A stretch of 63,790 bases of DNA, filler included, from Octopus bimaculoides (Eukaryota): assembly GCF_001194135.2 (NCBI RefSeq). It is 4 parts of 4 records of this genome, joined end to end, with 100 filler letters (N's around TTAATTAATTAA, not from the genome) between each part and the next. Parts side by side here need not be neighbours in the genome. Positions count along the whole stretch, not along the records: positions 62,709 to 63,790 come from NC_068986.1; 3 more parts are not named here. The stretch is one strand, 5' to 3'. The translations under genes were made by a program, and so were the position numbers. The stretch's first letter is position 1. Each line of letters begins with the position of its first letter. This document shows positions 62,730 through 63,790 of the stretch, in pieces. The notes beneath the pieces are model-generated. The model ran no database searches. It was not told the origin of the DNA and saw only the letters and a list, made by a program, of their open reading frames with translations.

Positions 62730-63600
62730 GCAGACAAAACAAAATGCAACTAAATGAAGGAAAATTTGAGCTGATGCATTTTGGAAAAAAAGACTATGTT
62801 AAAACACCCATACTCTTTTCCTTCGGGGGAACCTCTCACAGCATCTAATTATATCAGAGACCTAGGAGTAACTCTTGATAACAATCTCAGTTGGAGTGCC
62901 CACATCAACAATAAGGTCGATATAGCTCGTTGTATGAGTTCCTGGATCACAAGAACCCTTCAGTCCAGAGAACAAGGCGTCATCATTCCACTTTTCTCCT
63001 CCTTTGTACGGCCACACCTTGAATACTGCTGCCTCCGTGTTCTCCAAATTCAAATCAAAACATCTCGAAAATTGAATCAACCCAGAGGTCATTCACTAAA
63101 CGAATTAAGGGCATGACTGATCTTGATTACCGGGACTGCCTTAAAGCCTTGAAACTCTACTCTCTCCAGCGCCACTGCGAGCGGTACATCAATTGCATGA
63201 TGTGGAGAATATACCACCAACATTGCCCAAACAACCTCAACAATAGCTTCAAAATTCCCCAAAGGCAAGACCACGGGCCATACGTCCCCTGCCCAATTCA
63301 GGATCACAATACATAAATACACTGCAACACAATTTCTCAACATGCCCTGCCCTATTTAACATTGTTCCGAAACAGAACAAAGAGCAAAGGATTCCACTAC
63401 CTTTCAACGGAATCTGGACAAACGTCTCCGAGGAATACCAGATAAGCCACCTATACAACTCATTCAACAAGAAATCCATACTCAAATGGACCATGAAACC
63501 ACAAAACTTGACTTAAAAAAGATTTAGATAATCCAAGCAGGTGGTGCTATTAAGTTAGACATGGCCTAGACCAATTTTTGGTCGAAATATATCTAAGTTT
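62730..63600 (+). mobile_element. CR1-like LINE, ORF2 C-terminal region and 3' end
   Basis: MQLNEGKFELMHFG, IRDLGVTLDNNLSWSAHI, FVRPHLEYCC, MTDLDYRDCLKALKLYSLQR.ERY across frameshifts; ends near ggcctagacc...ggtcgaaa before (TA)n. Confidence 0.88.
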
Positions 63601-63790
63601 ATATATATATATATATAATAATATTAGGGACAAAATCCAAAATTACAGGTAAAAAACTCAATTAAAATCAATTTATAAAAAATTAAAATTAAATTGAGCC
63701 TTATAGATAAAGTATATATAAAATATATAGTTTTAGGGAAAATAACCAATTTTCAAGAACTCATCGATGAAAATCCACTATCACATATAG

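Noticed and set aside
63600-63790. AT-rich end resembling a Penelope-like element terminus
   Set aside because: Truncated by the window edge with no ORF or ribozyme visible.

Overview
AT-rich, microsatellite-saturated animal genomic DNA. The repeat inventory looks like an octopod cephalopod, most likely Octopus (inference from recalled repeat families, not from a search). I found no complete protein-coding gene, rRNA, true tRNA or CRISPR array, and almost all ORF-track entries are translated microsatellites or N-gaps. The window is four scaffolds joined by artificial 100-bp spacers (44 N + TTAATTAATTAA + 44 N at 29268, 46996, 62609). It contains: (i) dozens of tRNA-headed, modular SINE copies; (ii) LINE relics (R4/Dong-like, HERO/NeSL-like, RTE, CR1-like x2, I/Jockey-like); (iii) DNA-transposon relics and MITEs (Tigger/pogo, mariner, Tc1-like, two abutting hAT transposases, a TSD-flanked Buster-type MITE); (iv) a Gypsy gag relic; (v) a CpG-decayed scaffold (47096-62608) that behaves like a methylated gene body and holds a candidate micro-exon chain. 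The most interesting signal is self-cleaving RNA. A near-canonical type I hammerhead ribozyme lies on the minus strand at 41267-41327. Its 5' half is mirrored by a 53-bp inverted copy whose core carries the compensatory C3-G8 to U3-A8 change. A relative of its 3' half forms a second fold-back at 31207-31282. Four dispersed Penelope-type minimal hammerhead relics show covarying stem I. SINE and LINE boundaries are approximate (about +/-20 bp) unless TSDs or TIRs are quoted.
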